Source of the DNA: Polyangiales bacterium
GTDB lineage: Bacteria; Myxococcota_A; Polyangia; Polyangiales; JADJQN01
Length of the DNA stretch: 64,000 nt
Assembly: GCA_964202905.1 (NCBI GenBank)
Contig: CAXNJO010000001.1
Span: 1 to 64,000 of the forward strand
Direction: 5' to 3'
Shown here: positions 24,529 to 36,541 of the stretch, piece after piece
Numbering within the stretch: the first letter of the stretch is position 1
Layout: the number at the start of each line of letters is the position of its first letter
Position numbers and translations under genes: made by a program
Notes under the pieces: model-generated
Database searches by the model: none
The model's input: only the letters and a program-made list of their open reading frames with translations
What the model was told of the DNA's origin: nothing

Positions 24529-25419
24529 TCAGACCGTCCCGTAGAAGCTGGTTTTCGGCCGGGCGAGACGGCCATCCGGGCCGCTGCGATAGTCGATCCC
24601 GACGTCGAAACGCAGGTGTTCGAAGCGTCCACGACAGCGCTCGGCGAAGCTCACGAAATCCCTCGGATACTCGTAGGCGCGCAGAAACCAGAGCCACTGA
24701 TCGACGTCGATTCCGGAGAAATACAGCGCATCACACGTGCGCTTGCGCGCCACGCAGACGCGTCGACAGCTGAAGAGTTGCGGCCGCAACAGCTCGGCGA
24801 GCGAGACCCTGTCGAAATCCACGAACGTGCTGCTGCGGATTCGCGCGACCACTTCGTGAACATCCGTTTTCGGAGGCAGGAAGACGTAGTGATTCTCAAG
24901 CTCCATCCGCTCGCCCTGCACCGTGTAGGAGCGGCCGGCATGACCGCGCGGCTCGGCGAGATAGAGGTTGAGCCCGTCGACCCGACCGCGAGCGGCGGTA
25001 TCCACGCGCAAATCGTAACTGAACATGAAATAGGGCACTGACTCGCGAACGGTTGCGTCGATGCGATAGAAGGGAGCGACGGTTTCGCCGACACGGGTCG
25101 CGGTGACGGCCGCGTCACGCTTCTGGGGATCGTAGAAATAGAGTTCCCAAAACAGCTGACTGCCGTCGTATTTCACGCCCCACACCGTCGCATCGCGACC
25201 GCAGGCGTGTTGCAGCGCGCGGACGGATTCGGCGACCCGAGGCTCCGCGCCCGCGACGCGGAAGGACTGCCAGAGGAGCGACTCCGAGCGCAGACCGCCG
25301 CGCGGAGAGCGGCGAGGCTCGTAGGGCTCGAGGCAATAGTCGAAATGACGATCGTTGGGAGTCGTCTCGACGAGAACCTCGCCGTCGGACTCCGAAGCGG
25401 TGGTGAAGAGCGATGTCAC
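24529..25419 (-). CDS. Hypothetical protein, possible ABBA prenyltransferase (PT-barrel) fold
   Basis: GTG start overlaps the upstream stop (GTGA); aromatic beta-strand motifs WGVK..WELYFYD, FSYDL..LNLYL, DALYFSG, VGIDYR...TSFY. Confidence 0.65.
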   Translation of the reverse strand: MTSLFTTASESDGEVLVETTPNDRHFDYCLEPYEPRRSPRGGLRSESLLWQSFRVAGAEPRVAESVRALQHACGRDATVWGVKYDGSQLFWELYFYDPQKRDAAVTATRVGETVAPFYRIDATVRESVPYFMFSYDLRVDTAARGRVDGLNLYLAEPRGHAGRSYTVQGERMELENHYVFLPPKTDVHEVVARIRSSTFVDFDRVSLAELLRPQLFSCRRVCVARKRTCDALYFSGIDVDQWLWFLRAYEYPRDFVSFAERCRGRFEHLRFDVGIDYRSGPDGRLARPKTSFYGTV

Positions 25420-26450
25420 AGGCGACTCCAGGGGGGCGGCGGCGCACCCTCGGCCAGCACCTCGGCGACGGGCCTGCGCGCGGCTTCCGCGGCCTCGACC
25501 CGCGCGAGCGCCCAGGCGAAGAGCCCGTCGAGGAGCGCCGACTCGGCGTGTCCTTCGGCGACGCGATACGAAAGCGCGTACGCGGCCGTGCGCCGATAGC
25601 TGCGTGTCGCGGGCTCCGCGGGCTCGACGAAGAGACGCAACATCACACCGGGCGCGCGGAAGAGCGCATCCCCCTCGAGCGCGTGGAGTGCCGGCCCCGC
25701 CCCCGACGGCTTGACGTAGACCGTGTGCACGAGCGGGCCGCCGAGCGAGACGCCCACGGAGCGCGGCACGCCGGGCAGGAAGGGCAGCTCCGCCGACAGG
25801 GCGCCGGCGTCGAACCACGGGAGCTCGCGCGCGAGGGCCGACCAGCCCGACGCACGCACCGCGACGAAAAAGGCGCGTGGAGCGGCGGGGCCTTCGCCCT
25901 CCGGCACGTCGAAGGACACGACCGCGCCTGCGCTCGCGCCGGCGCGCACGGCAAGCCGCGCGAGCTCGCACGCGCGCGGCCCGAACGGGGCTGCCGCCGT
26001 CTCCGCATCACTCGCCTGGACGTAGCGCTTGCGCTCGACACGCCCATCCGCGAAGAGGTTGACGCCGACGACGTGCGCGACGGGCTCGCGCACGCATCCG
26101 AGGATGTGCTCCTCCGCGTCGGCGCGCGCCCCGATTGTATGATCGGAGGCGTTGGCGTACGCCTTCACGACCGTGCGCCCGGGTTCGCCGACGTCCCAAC
26201 CGACGATCAGCGGCAGGGACGCGCGCTCGACGCTCTCGAGCACGCGCCGACCGAGCGGACCGAGCGCGACGCCGTGCGTGGCGGCGAGCCGGAAGAGATG
26301 CTCCGGCATCGCCCGCTCGATCATCATCCGCCCGCCGCGCCACGTGGTGCCGTGGACGCGCACGCTCGCCTCGAAGGAGGCGAGATCGACGCCGTCACGC
26401 AGGGCCCACGGCTCCGAATACAGGGACGGGCTCACGGCGGTCGCCTGCAT
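25416..26450 (-). CDS. Hypothetical protein, possible ABBA prenyltransferase fold plus C-terminal module
   Basis: IVGWDV...VVKAYAN, VGVNL...RKRYVQ, VGVSL...HTVYVKP. Confidence 0.65.
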   Translation of the reverse strand: MQATAVSPSLYSEPWALRDGVDLASFEASVRVHGTTWRGGRMMIERAMPEHLFRLAATHGVALGPLGRRVLESVERASLPLIVGWDVGEPGRTVVKAYANASDHTIGARADAEEHILGCVREPVAHVVGVNLFADGRVERKRYVQASDAETAAAPFGPRACELARLAVRAGASAGAVVSFDVPEGEGPAAPRAFFVAVRASGWSALARELPWFDAGALSAELPFLPGVPRSVGVSLGGPLVHTVYVKPSGAGPALHALEGDALFRAPGVMLRLFVEPAEPATRSYRRTAAYALSYRVAEGHAESALLDGLFAWALARVEAAEAARRPVAEVLAEGAPPPPWSRL

Positions 26451-26545
26451 GCGTCGTCAGCGTACGACCCCCTGCGCGTCGCATGCAAGGTCGCGTGACG
26501 CCGCCGTGCTGGCCGAGCCCTCCGCGCGCGGGCATCCTGCGGCTC

Positions 26546-27364
26546 GTGCAGTCGCTGCCGGACATCGCGTTCGACGAGCTCTCGGCCTCCGATCGACTCC
26601 TCGATCGGATCCTCGACGGTCAGGAGCTGGGGATCGTCGTGCGCAACGTGGTCTCGCCCGACGTCGTCGCGGCGTTCCGCGAGCGGCTCCTCCACGACCC
26701 GCTCGCCCCGATGCGCATGCCCTCGGCGCACTTCGACGGCTTCACGCTCGGTCGCGTCCTCGTCGTCGAGCCTCCGCCGCTCGACGCCTATTTCGAAGAC
26801 GCAGCGCGGCACCACGCGTTTCTCGCGACGCTCGCGCCGGAGGGGCTCGACGTCGCGGCCGCCCTGCGAGGGCTGCTGACGAAGATGGCCGGCGAGGCGC
26901 GCGTCGAGGTCCCGCGAGACGCGGCCGGGAGGGCCCACGCGCCGGCCACCGGACGCATCCTCACCCCGGGCGGGCGCATTCACGTGCACTGCGAGAACGA
27001 GACGCTCCGTTTCCCGTCCATGCGCGACCTCGCCGCGCAGCTCGCCCCGGAGTCCCAGGCGAGTTTCTACCTGCCGCTCGCGCTCCCCGAAGGCGGCGGC
27101 GTGCTCCACGTCCACCGCGTCCGGCACGGCGAGGCCTCCGGCGAGCCCGTGCAGCGCCTCGCCCGGTCGGGTGAGGAGATCCGCGCCTATCTCGCGCAAC
27201 ACGAGGGATTCGTCGCGAATCCGGGGCTCGGTGACGTGCTGGTCTTCGACGCAGGGCGCCACCACCACCACGTGACGGCCGTCGAGGGGACACGTGACCG
27301 GATCACCTACGGCGGCTTCGTCGCACGGTCCCGCGGCCGCGATCACTGGCTCGCGTGGGGCTGA
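26546..27364 (+). CDS. 2OG-Fe(II) oxygenase-like protein
   Basis: IHVHCE (HxE), EGGGVLHV, GDVLVFDAGRHHHHVTAVEGTRDRITYGGF (distal His and Arg). Confidence 0.75.
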   Translation: MQSLPDIAFDELSASDRLLDRILDGQELGIVVRNVVSPDVVAAFRERLLHDPLAPMRMPSAHFDGFTLGRVLVVEPPPLDAYFEDAARHHAFLATLAPEGLDVAAALRGLLTKMAGEARVEVPRDAAGRAHAPATGRILTPGGRIHVHCENETLRFPSMRDLAAQLAPESQASFYLPLALPEGGGVLHVHRVRHGEASGEPVQRLARSGEEIRAYLAQHEGFVANPGLGDVLVFDAGRHHHHVTAVEGTRDRITYGGFVARSRGRDHWLAWG

Positions 27365-27373
27365 GATCCGTCG

Positions 27374-28162
27374 ATGCCTTCCCTCTCGTACACGCCGGTG
27401 AGACGGGTTCACCGACCCTCGCGCGAGGCCTTCGCCGCGCTCGCGCGCGCGGGTGAGCCGCTCGTCCTCGAGGGCGCGCTCGATGACTGGCCGGCCGTCG
27501 GTGGTTGGTCGCCGGAGGCGCTGCGCGCGCGGATCGGCGCGCAGCGCATGCAGACATACGTCGTCGAGAACCGCAGCGTGGTGCTCGATCCGAAGCGGGG
27601 ATTTCGCGTCGAGACGCTGAGCGTCGCGGACTACGTCGAGCGCGTGCTCGCGGGGGGGGCGCCGACCCACTATCTGCGCGCGCCCCTCGAGGCGTTTCCC
27701 TCCGCGCTGCGCGAGGAGATCGGCGTGCCCGAGTACTGCGCGAACGCCCTCTACGTGCGGCGAAACGTGTGGTTCAGCGCGCCGGACACCGTGAGCCGAC
27801 TGCACTTCGATCTGCTGCACAACCTGATCGCGCAGCTCCACGGAGAGAAGGAGTTCCTCTTCTTCCCCTTCCGCGAGCGGCGGAATCTCTACCCGCACAG
27901 TCTGTGGTCGGCGATGCCGCAGTTCAGCCACGTGGACCTCGAAACCCCGGATTTTCAGGCCTTTCCGCGGCTCGCTGCCGCGAAGGGCCAGCGATGCGTC
28001 CTGCGCGAGGGCGACCTGCTCTACCTGCCGTCGCGCGTCTGGCACCACGCGCGCTCGGTCGGGCCGAGCATCACCGTGAACTTCTGGTGGCCACCGCTCG
28101 CGATGCTGCCGCTCACGCTGCTCTCCGACGCGTACAAGCGTGCGCGTGGCCTGCGCGTGTGA
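27374..28162 (+). CDS. JmjC/cupin-like hydroxylase
   Basis: DWPAVGGWS, SRLHFD, QLHGEKEF, EGDLLYLPSRVWHHARS. Confidence 0.88.
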   Translation: MPSLSYTPVRRVHRPSREAFAALARAGEPLVLEGALDDWPAVGGWSPEALRARIGAQRMQTYVVENRSVVLDPKRGFRVETLSVADYVERVLAGGAPTHYLRAPLEAFPSALREEIGVPEYCANALYVRRNVWFSAPDTVSRLHFDLLHNLIAQLHGEKEFLFFPFRERRNLYPHSLWSAMPQFSHVDLETPDFQAFPRLAAAKGQRCVLREGDLLYLPSRVWHHARSVGPSITVNFWWPPLAMLPLTLLSDAYKRARGLRV

Positions 28163-28201
28163 GCCCTCGCGCCCGGGGCCGCTCGGTGTAGGCTCGGTAG
28201 G

Positions 28202-29269
28202 ATGTCGTCCTCGCTGCTCTCTCCCGCCTCGCTCCTGCGCGCAGGCGCGCGCGCGCTCCCGATCGCGAAGCTGGGCGTGCGCCGCGCGCTGTCCCGGAAG
28301 AGCCCGTTTCAGGTCACGTTCTCGCTGACGAACCGCTGCAACTTCCGCTGCGACTACTGCGACATCCCGCTCCAACACCGCGAGGAGATGACGACGGCCG
28401 AGTGGACCGCGGCGATCGACGAGTTCGTCGCCGGGGGGCTCGGCCGCGCGAGCCTGATCGGCGGGGAGCCGCTGCTCCGCAAGGACGCCGGCGCGATCAT
28501 CCGCCACCTGCGCGCGCGCGGCATCCACGTCGCGATGAACACCAACGGCTGGCTCGTGCGCGACCGGATCGAGGACGTCGCGCTGCTCGACGTCGTCTGC
28601 GTCACGCTCGACGGCCCGCGCGAGGTGCACGACGCGCAGCGGCACAAGGGTTCGTACGACCGCGTGCTCGACGCGCTCGAGGTGCTGCGCTCGCGCGGCG
28701 TGCCCGTCGTGACGATGACCGTCATCACGCCGAAGGGCGCCGAGAACGTGGGCCACGTCCTCGAGGTCGCGCGCGACTTCGGCCACAAGGCCTTCTTCCA
28801 GCTCGAGCACGACGCGCGCTGCGACGTCGACGCGCCCATCGCGCCGCTCCTGAGCGACGAGCGCATCACGGAGATCGCGCGGGATCTGCGCGAGCGGCGG
28901 CGGCGCGGCGAACCCGTCGGCAACTCGGACTCGGTGCTCGCGCTGCAGATGCGCGACGGCCGGCGCCTCGGCGGCGATTGTTCGCACTGCTACGCGGGCC
29001 GCTACTTCGCGTACGTGCTCTCGGACGGGACCGTCGCGCCCTGCCTGCTCACGCAGTGGCAGCAGGAGGCGGGCAACGGCCGCAAGCTCGGCTTCCTGCG
29101 CGCGTTCGAGGAGATGAACCCGGCGCAGGGCCCCGGCTGCGCGTGCGTGCCAATCCACGAGGTGAACGCGATCCTCTCCCTCGACGCGGCCGTCCTCTTC
29201 GATGCGCTCGAGATCGCGCTCGCGTCGGCGCGGTCCCGCCTCGGCGCGGCCGTACTCCCCGCAGGCTGA
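28202..29269 (+). CDS. Radical SAM protein with twitch/SPASM-like domain
   Basis: CNFRCDYC, GGEPLLR, NTNG, CYAG...DGTVAPC. Confidence 0.9.
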   Translation: MSSSLLSPASLLRAGARALPIAKLGVRRALSRKSPFQVTFSLTNRCNFRCDYCDIPLQHREEMTTAEWTAAIDEFVAGGLGRASLIGGEPLLRKDAGAIIRHLRARGIHVAMNTNGWLVRDRIEDVALLDVVCVTLDGPREVHDAQRHKGSYDRVLDALEVLRSRGVPVVTMTVITPKGAENVGHVLEVARDFGHKAFFQLEHDARCDVDAPIAPLLSDERITEIARDLRERRRRGEPVGNSDSVLALQMRDGRRLGGDCSHCYAGRYFAYVLSDGTVAPCLLTQWQQEAGNGRKLGFLRAFEEMNPAQGPGCACVPIHEVNAILSLDAAVLFDALEIALASARSRLGAAVLPAG

Positions 29270-29277
29270 ATCGCGAT

Positions 29278-31356
29278 TCAGTGACCGCGTGCGCGGAGGC
29301 GCCCGGCCACGCGGTTCGCCGCCTCGACGAGCACGGCGTCCGGAGGCGAGCCCGCACCGCTCCGCGCGTAGAAGACGTCGAACGCCGCCGAGCGCGCAGG
29401 CGCCGCGAACGGCCGCGCTCCCTGCCGCACGACCTCGACGACGACGCGCACGCCGCCACGCGCGAGCGTGACGCGCGCTGCGGAATCCGCGCGCCCCTCG
29501 ATGCGCGTGACCTGCCAGCCATCGCCGAGCGAAGCGTCCTCGAGCGCGGCGCGGACCTCGGGGTCGGGGGCGCGCCGCGGGTCCGCGTGGCGCCGTTCCG
29601 GGGCGCGTGCAGGGCGCGGCGTGAACACGGCCCCCGGCGGCGCGCTCACGCGCACGAGCGCGAGCACGGGTACGCCCGAGCGCGTCGTGAAGCGCGCCTC
29701 CTCCGTGACGCGCCAGCCGAGCGCGCGCGCGGCGTCCTCGAGCGCGCGGCGGTGGAGCGCGACGCCGGGCTCGTCGATCAGGCCGACGCGGATCGGGACG
29801 ACGAAGCGCAACGGCAGCCGCCCGGGGTCGGCGAGCAGCAGCGCGAAACGCTCGACGAGGCCCTCGCGCAGGCCGAGATCGAGCCGCCGCTGCCCGAGGT
29901 AGGGCTGCCCATCGAGGGTCGAGGCGCCGAAGGCGTCGAGCACGCCGGCGAGGTTGTACGTCGTCGTGATCGCGGGCGCGTCGGGCCGCGCGCGCAGGTG
30001 TGCGACGAGCGCGCGCTCGGCGGTGAGGTTGATCGAGACCGTGGTCGTGTCGCGCAGATCGCCGCGGCGGAACGTGCTCGTGACCGCGCTGGCGACGCCG
30101 ATCGCGATGACGACGATCACCATCCGGTAAGATGGTGAGCGCATCCTGCCGCTCAGGAGTCGGCCCGCCGTGAGGAGGGCGCAGCCGAGCGAGACCGCGT
30201 GCGAGTACGTGACGGGCGCGTAGTTCGCCGCGGGCCGTTGGTCGTAGGCGAGCGTGACGAACACGATGTAGGCGAGCTGGAGCGCCCCACAGGCCGCGGC
30301 GACGGGCGAGTGCGGCCGCCCGGCGATCCTCTGCACGAGCGCGACGAGCGAGTGCGCGAAGGCGAACGTCGACAGCGTGAGAAAGGCCGGGACGAGGCCC
30401 CCGTCACCGCCGTTCGCGAGCGCGAAGTAATAACCAACGTCGCCCGCGTAGAGGAGCGCGTTGCCCACCTCCTCCACGAAGAAACGCGGATGGAGGTGCG
30501 CGGCCATCGTCGCGAGGCGCGCCCCGACCTGCGTCCCGACGCCGCCGTACGGGTCCGCGAGCGCGACGACGAGCAGCGGCGCGATCGGCGCAGCGGCACA
30601 GAGGGCCGCGATCGCGAGCCGCTTCACGCCGGCCGCGCGGAGCGGGCCCCCGCGGTGCAGCGCAGTCGCCACGAGCGGCGCCGCGACGACGAGGCCCTTC
30701 ACGTTCGTCGCGATCGAGAGCCCGACGAGGAGGCCTGCGAGCGCGAGCCGGCGCGCAGAGGGCGGCGTGCGTGGATCGCGCCGTCGCGCGACGACGAGCG
30801 CCGCGAGCGCGACGAAGAGCGAGGGCACGAACTCGTAGTAGACGAGCAGTGAATGACCGACGACGAAGCCCGAGAGCGTCGCGGCGGTCATCGCGCAGGC
30901 CGCCGCCGTGAGGGAATCGGCGACGGCCTCGACGAGCAGGAAGAGCGCGAGGATCGCGAGGGCGCCGATCACGAGGCCGCAGCGGCGCAGCGCGACGGGA
31001 TCGCCCTGGTGAATCGGTCGCAGCAGTTGCAGCGGCCAGTACGCGACGCCACCGATGTACGGCGCGACGAGCACCGGCCAGCGCAGCCCCGCGGCGCAGA
31101 GCGCGGCCGACGGCCGGGTGCGCGCGCGGAGCCACGTCGCCCCCTCGCCGCAGCCGACGTTCAACGGCAGCACGCCGCCACCGTCGTCGTCGACGGGCGC
31201 GAGCTGCGGCACGGACGGCCCCGCGTGTGTCGCGGTCTCCTCGTGCCAGACGGGGAACGTCCCCGCGAGCCACACGCCCTGCACCACGAACGTCCCGATC
31301 GCCACCAGCAGTACGAGCCGCGCCCGCGACGGGGACAGTGTGGGGACGGGCTGCAT
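29278..31356 (-). CDS. Multi-pass membrane protein, GT-C (ArnT/PMT-like) glycosyltransferase candidate
   Basis: WHEE after the first TM, PYIGG, about 10 hydrophobic segments, soluble C-terminal region. Confidence 0.6.
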   Translation of the reverse strand: MQPVPTLSPSRARLVLLVAIGTFVVQGVWLAGTFPVWHEETATHAGPSVPQLAPVDDDGGGVLPLNVGCGEGATWLRARTRPSAALCAAGLRWPVLVAPYIGGVAYWPLQLLRPIHQGDPVALRRCGLVIGALAILALFLLVEAVADSLTAAACAMTAATLSGFVVGHSLLVYYEFVPSLFVALAALVVARRRDPRTPPSARRLALAGLLVGLSIATNVKGLVVAAPLVATALHRGGPLRAAGVKRLAIAALCAAAPIAPLLVVALADPYGGVGTQVGARLATMAAHLHPRFFVEEVGNALLYAGDVGYYFALANGGDGGLVPAFLTLSTFAFAHSLVALVQRIAGRPHSPVAAACGALQLAYIVFVTLAYDQRPAANYAPVTYSHAVSLGCALLTAGRLLSGRMRSPSYRMVIVVIAIGVASAVTSTFRRGDLRDTTTVSINLTAERALVAHLRARPDAPAITTTYNLAGVLDAFGASTLDGQPYLGQRRLDLGLREGLVERFALLLADPGRLPLRFVVPIRVGLIDEPGVALHRRALEDAARALGWRVTEEARFTTRSGVPVLALVRVSAPPGAVFTPRPARAPERRHADPRRAPDPEVRAALEDASLGDGWQVTRIEGRADSAARVTLARGGVRVVVEVVRQGARPFAAPARSAAFDVFYARSGAGSPPDAVLVEAANRVAGRLRARGH

Positions 31357-31395
31357 CGCTTGGCCGGGGCGGCGGACGAGCCTATCATGCCGAGA

Positions 31396-32283
31396 ATGTC
31401 GGCCGATGGAGCGACCGCGGTCGGGGCCGCGCGGCCGAGCCGCAGCGCATCGTGGGCGTGGTGGCGCGGGCTGCGCGTGCGTGACTGGGCGCACTTCGTC
31501 GTGTTGCCGCTCGCCGCGGCGCCGCTCCGTTCGCCCGACGCCGCGGCCGCGATCGGCCTCGCGCGCGGCATGGGCATCGCCGCGCTGCTGCTCGCGTACG
31601 GCTATCTGCTGAACGGCCTCGCCGACCGCGGGCTCGATCGGGACCCGGCGAAGAACCCGTTCTCACAGGCGTCGACGAAGGCCATCGACGCCCTCGCGGC
31701 GCTCGCGTTCGCGCTCGCGCTCGGCGCGCTCGGCCTCGCGGCCGCAGGCGGCCCCGTGCCGGTCGCCGCGGCGTCGACGAGCATCGCCGCGGGCTGGCTC
31801 TACTCGGCGGGCCCGCGGCTCAAGCGGCTCCCCATCGTCGGCACGCTGCTCAACGTCGCGTGCTTCGCCCCGCTTCTCTTCGTCGGCGCGGGCCGCACGC
31901 TGCCCCCTGCGACGGCGCTCCTCACGCTCGCGTTCACGGGCCTGCTGCTCGAAAACCAGCTGCTGCACGAGGCGGCCGATGCCCGCGACGACGCGGCGGC
32001 GCAGGTGCGCACCACCTTCCTCGCGCTCGGCGCACGCGGGGCCGCGGCGCTCGCCGCATTCGCCGGGACGCTCCCCGCGGCGGCGATCGGGCTCGCGTGG
32101 CCCGGCGCGATCGGCGCCTGCGTCGCGGGCGCGACGGCGCTCGTCTTCGTGGTCGTGGTGCCGCGCGCGCTCGCCCGACACGGCGCCGACCCGCGCCGCA
32201 TGGCCCGCGCGCGGCTGCTTCACCGCGCGGCCGGCGTCGCGCTGGGGGCCCTGCTCTTCGCGGTCGCGGGCGGGCGCGGCTGA
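31396..32283 (+). CDS. UbiA-family prenyltransferase
   Basis: Multi-TM; NGLADRGLDR..KNP, YSAGPRLKRLP, HEAADARDD. Confidence 0.8.
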   Translation: MSADGATAVGAARPSRSASWAWWRGLRVRDWAHFVVLPLAAAPLRSPDAAAAIGLARGMGIAALLLAYGYLLNGLADRGLDRDPAKNPFSQASTKAIDALAALAFALALGALGLAAAGGPVPVAAASTSIAAGWLYSAGPRLKRLPIVGTLLNVACFAPLLFVGAGRTLPPATALLTLAFTGLLLENQLLHEAADARDDAAAQVRTTFLALGARGAAALAAFAGTLPAAAIGLAWPGAIGACVAGATALVFVVVVPRALARHGADPRRMARARLLHRAAGVALGALLFAVAGGRG

Positions 32284-32343
32284 GGCCCGCGACGTCGGCT
32301 ACCTCGGCGCGCCGAATGGCTGTACGATCGGGACGCTCGAGAC

Positions 32344-33387
32344 GTGAATCGCTTGGACCCACGCACGAACCCACCCGAAAACCGCACGATCGACGAGCGC
32401 ATCGCCGCGCGGGACGAGCGCGTGCACGTGCTCACCGGCGCGGTCTGCAACAACAACTGCGTCTTCTGCATGGAAGAAGACCGTGACGCCCGCTACGTCA
32501 CGAACAGCGCGACCGACGACGCGACGGTGCGCGCGCTCCTCGCGCAGAAGCGCGGCGCCGAGGAGTTCTGCTTCACCTCCGGCGAGCCGACGACGAACCC
32601 GCGCCTGCCGCACTGGGTGCGCTGGGCGAAGGAGGCGGGCGTCCGCCGCATCAGCGTGATGACCAACGGCCGCGCGCTCTCCTACGAGAAGTACGCGAAG
32701 GCGCTCATCGGCGCGGGGATGAACCGCTTCTACGTGAGCATCCACGGCCACACGGAGAAGCTCCACGAGGGCCTCACGCGCACGCCCGAGAGCTTCGCGC
32801 AGACGGTCGCCGGGCTCGACATGATCACGCGCTTCAAGCGCTACGGGGTCGAGCTCCACACCTCGACCGTGATCACCAAGCGCAACCTCCCGCACATGGC
32901 CGACATCTACCGCTTCCTGCGCGCGCACGGCGTCGATCAGGTCGTCTTCAACGTGATGCAGGCGAACGGCCGCGCCGACACGCACTTCGAGCAGATTTTT
33001 CCGCGCTACACGGAGATCGCCGCCGTCGCGCGCGCGTTCCTCGAGACGCAGTCCGCGATCGAGCCGCAGCCGCGCGCCTTCCTCGTCGACATCCCGCTCT
33101 GCACGACGTTGGGGATCCCCGACTTCAACCGCGGCTACGTCGAGTCCTACGTCCACTACGAGCCGGCCTCCAACGCGGAGAAGTTGCTGCCCGCAGAGCT
33201 GCTCCTCGGGCGCCGCGAAAACCTTGGCGGACGCGAGCTCGTCGCCGTGCGCCGCGCCGACCTCGACGACGTCGCGCGTCAGAAGCGCGCCGAGTGCAGC
33301 GCCTGCCGACACGAGCCCGCGTGCGAGGGCGTGTGGGGGAACTACCTCCGCCGCTTCGGCTGGGACGAGTTCGTCCCCGTGCCCTGA
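32344..33387 (+). CDS. Radical SAM protein (HxsC-like)
   Basis: [40 protein letters not shown]. Confidence 0.9.
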   Translation: MNRLDPRTNPPENRTIDERIAARDERVHVLTGAVCNNNCVFCMEEDRDARYVTNSATDDATVRALLAQKRGAEEFCFTSGEPTTNPRLPHWVRWAKEAGVRRISVMTNGRALSYEKYAKALIGAGMNRFYVSIHGHTEKLHEGLTRTPESFAQTVAGLDMITRFKRYGVELHTSTVITKRNLPHMADIYRFLRAHGVDQVVFNVMQANGRADTHFEQIFPRYTEIAAVARAFLETQSAIEPQPRAFLVDIPLCTTLGIPDFNRGYVESYVHYEPASNAEKLLPAELLLGRRENLGGRELVAVRRADLDDVARQKRAECSACRHEPACEGVWGNYLRRFGWDEFVPVP

Positions 33388-33497
33388 GCGCGCTACCCGC
33401 GCGTCACGGCGTCGCGACGCGGAGGCGCGACACGGCCCACGCCCGCTCCGCGGAACGGGATGGCACCCGCCGGAGCACGCGCGTATCCTCCCGCCCC

Positions 33498-35730
<2,233 letters not shown>

Positions 35731-35786
35731 CCGCGCGAGGCGCACGGCCGCGCGACTGAACCGTCATTCAGTCACGCGGCGCGCGC

Positions 35787-36461
35787 TCAGCGCAGCCACG
35801 CATACGCGCGCGCAACCGCGTCCGCGGCCCCCTCTTCGAGGAGTGCGCCGTGCGCGACGTGGAGGCGCTCGGGGCGCCACGCGAGCGCGCGGTCGATCGA
35901 AGACCGGAAGGCAACCTTGTCCGAGATGGTGCTGCGGAAGATGCGGCTGGCGGCGAGGCCCCCGTAGGCGCCGTTCATCCGCATGAACGTGCGCGTCCAC
36001 CAGTGCTCGGCGTGCACGACGTGAAAGAGCGCGTCGGTCGCGACGAGCGTGCGGCTCGGCGCGTGGAAGAAGAGCGTCTCCGACGACTTCGGCGAGCCGG
36101 CGAGCGTGACGGTGTCGATCGCGCCGCCGAACACGCCGAGCGCCGCGGCCGCAGGCGTGCCGAGCGTCGCGTCGATGCGCAGGCCGGGCTGCTTCGCGGC
36201 GACGCCTTCGGCGGCGAGCACGCGCGCCTCGGGGAAGGCCTCCGCCGCGCGGCCGAGGAAGAGGTGATGCAGCGCGTTCGGCGCGACGACCGCGCGCACC
36301 GGGCCGAGCGCCCGGATGGCGTCGACCTCGTCCGGCTCGAAGCGCACCGGCGAGATCACGACGACGCCACCGTCGTCGGTCGCGAGCACCGTCGTGCGCA
36401 GCCCGATCTGCACGCCGAGCAACGCGAAATCGCGGTCGATCACCCACACACCGTCCGCCAC
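35787..36461 (-). CDS. DUF4336-like (metallo-beta-lactamase-like fold) protein
   Basis: VVISPV, VVAPNALHHLF, FFHAPSRTLVATD, HVAHG. Confidence 0.7.
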   Translation of the reverse strand: MADGVWVIDRDFALLGVQIGLRTTVLATDDGGVVVISPVRFEPDEVDAIRALGPVRAVVAPNALHHLFLGRAAEAFPEARVLAAEGVAAKQPGLRIDATLGTPAAAALGVFGGAIDTVTLAGSPKSSETLFFHAPSRTLVATDALFHVVHAEHWWTRTFMRMNGAYGGLAASRIFRSTISDKVAFRSSIDRALAWRPERLHVAHGALLEEGAADAVARAYAWLR

Positions 36462-36541
36462 GCGTTCCGGAGTGCCATGCGGGGGAATCTGCCCGCCGCG
36501 TGCCGCGACGCGCCATCCCCGGGCGCTATGCTGCGCGCCCC

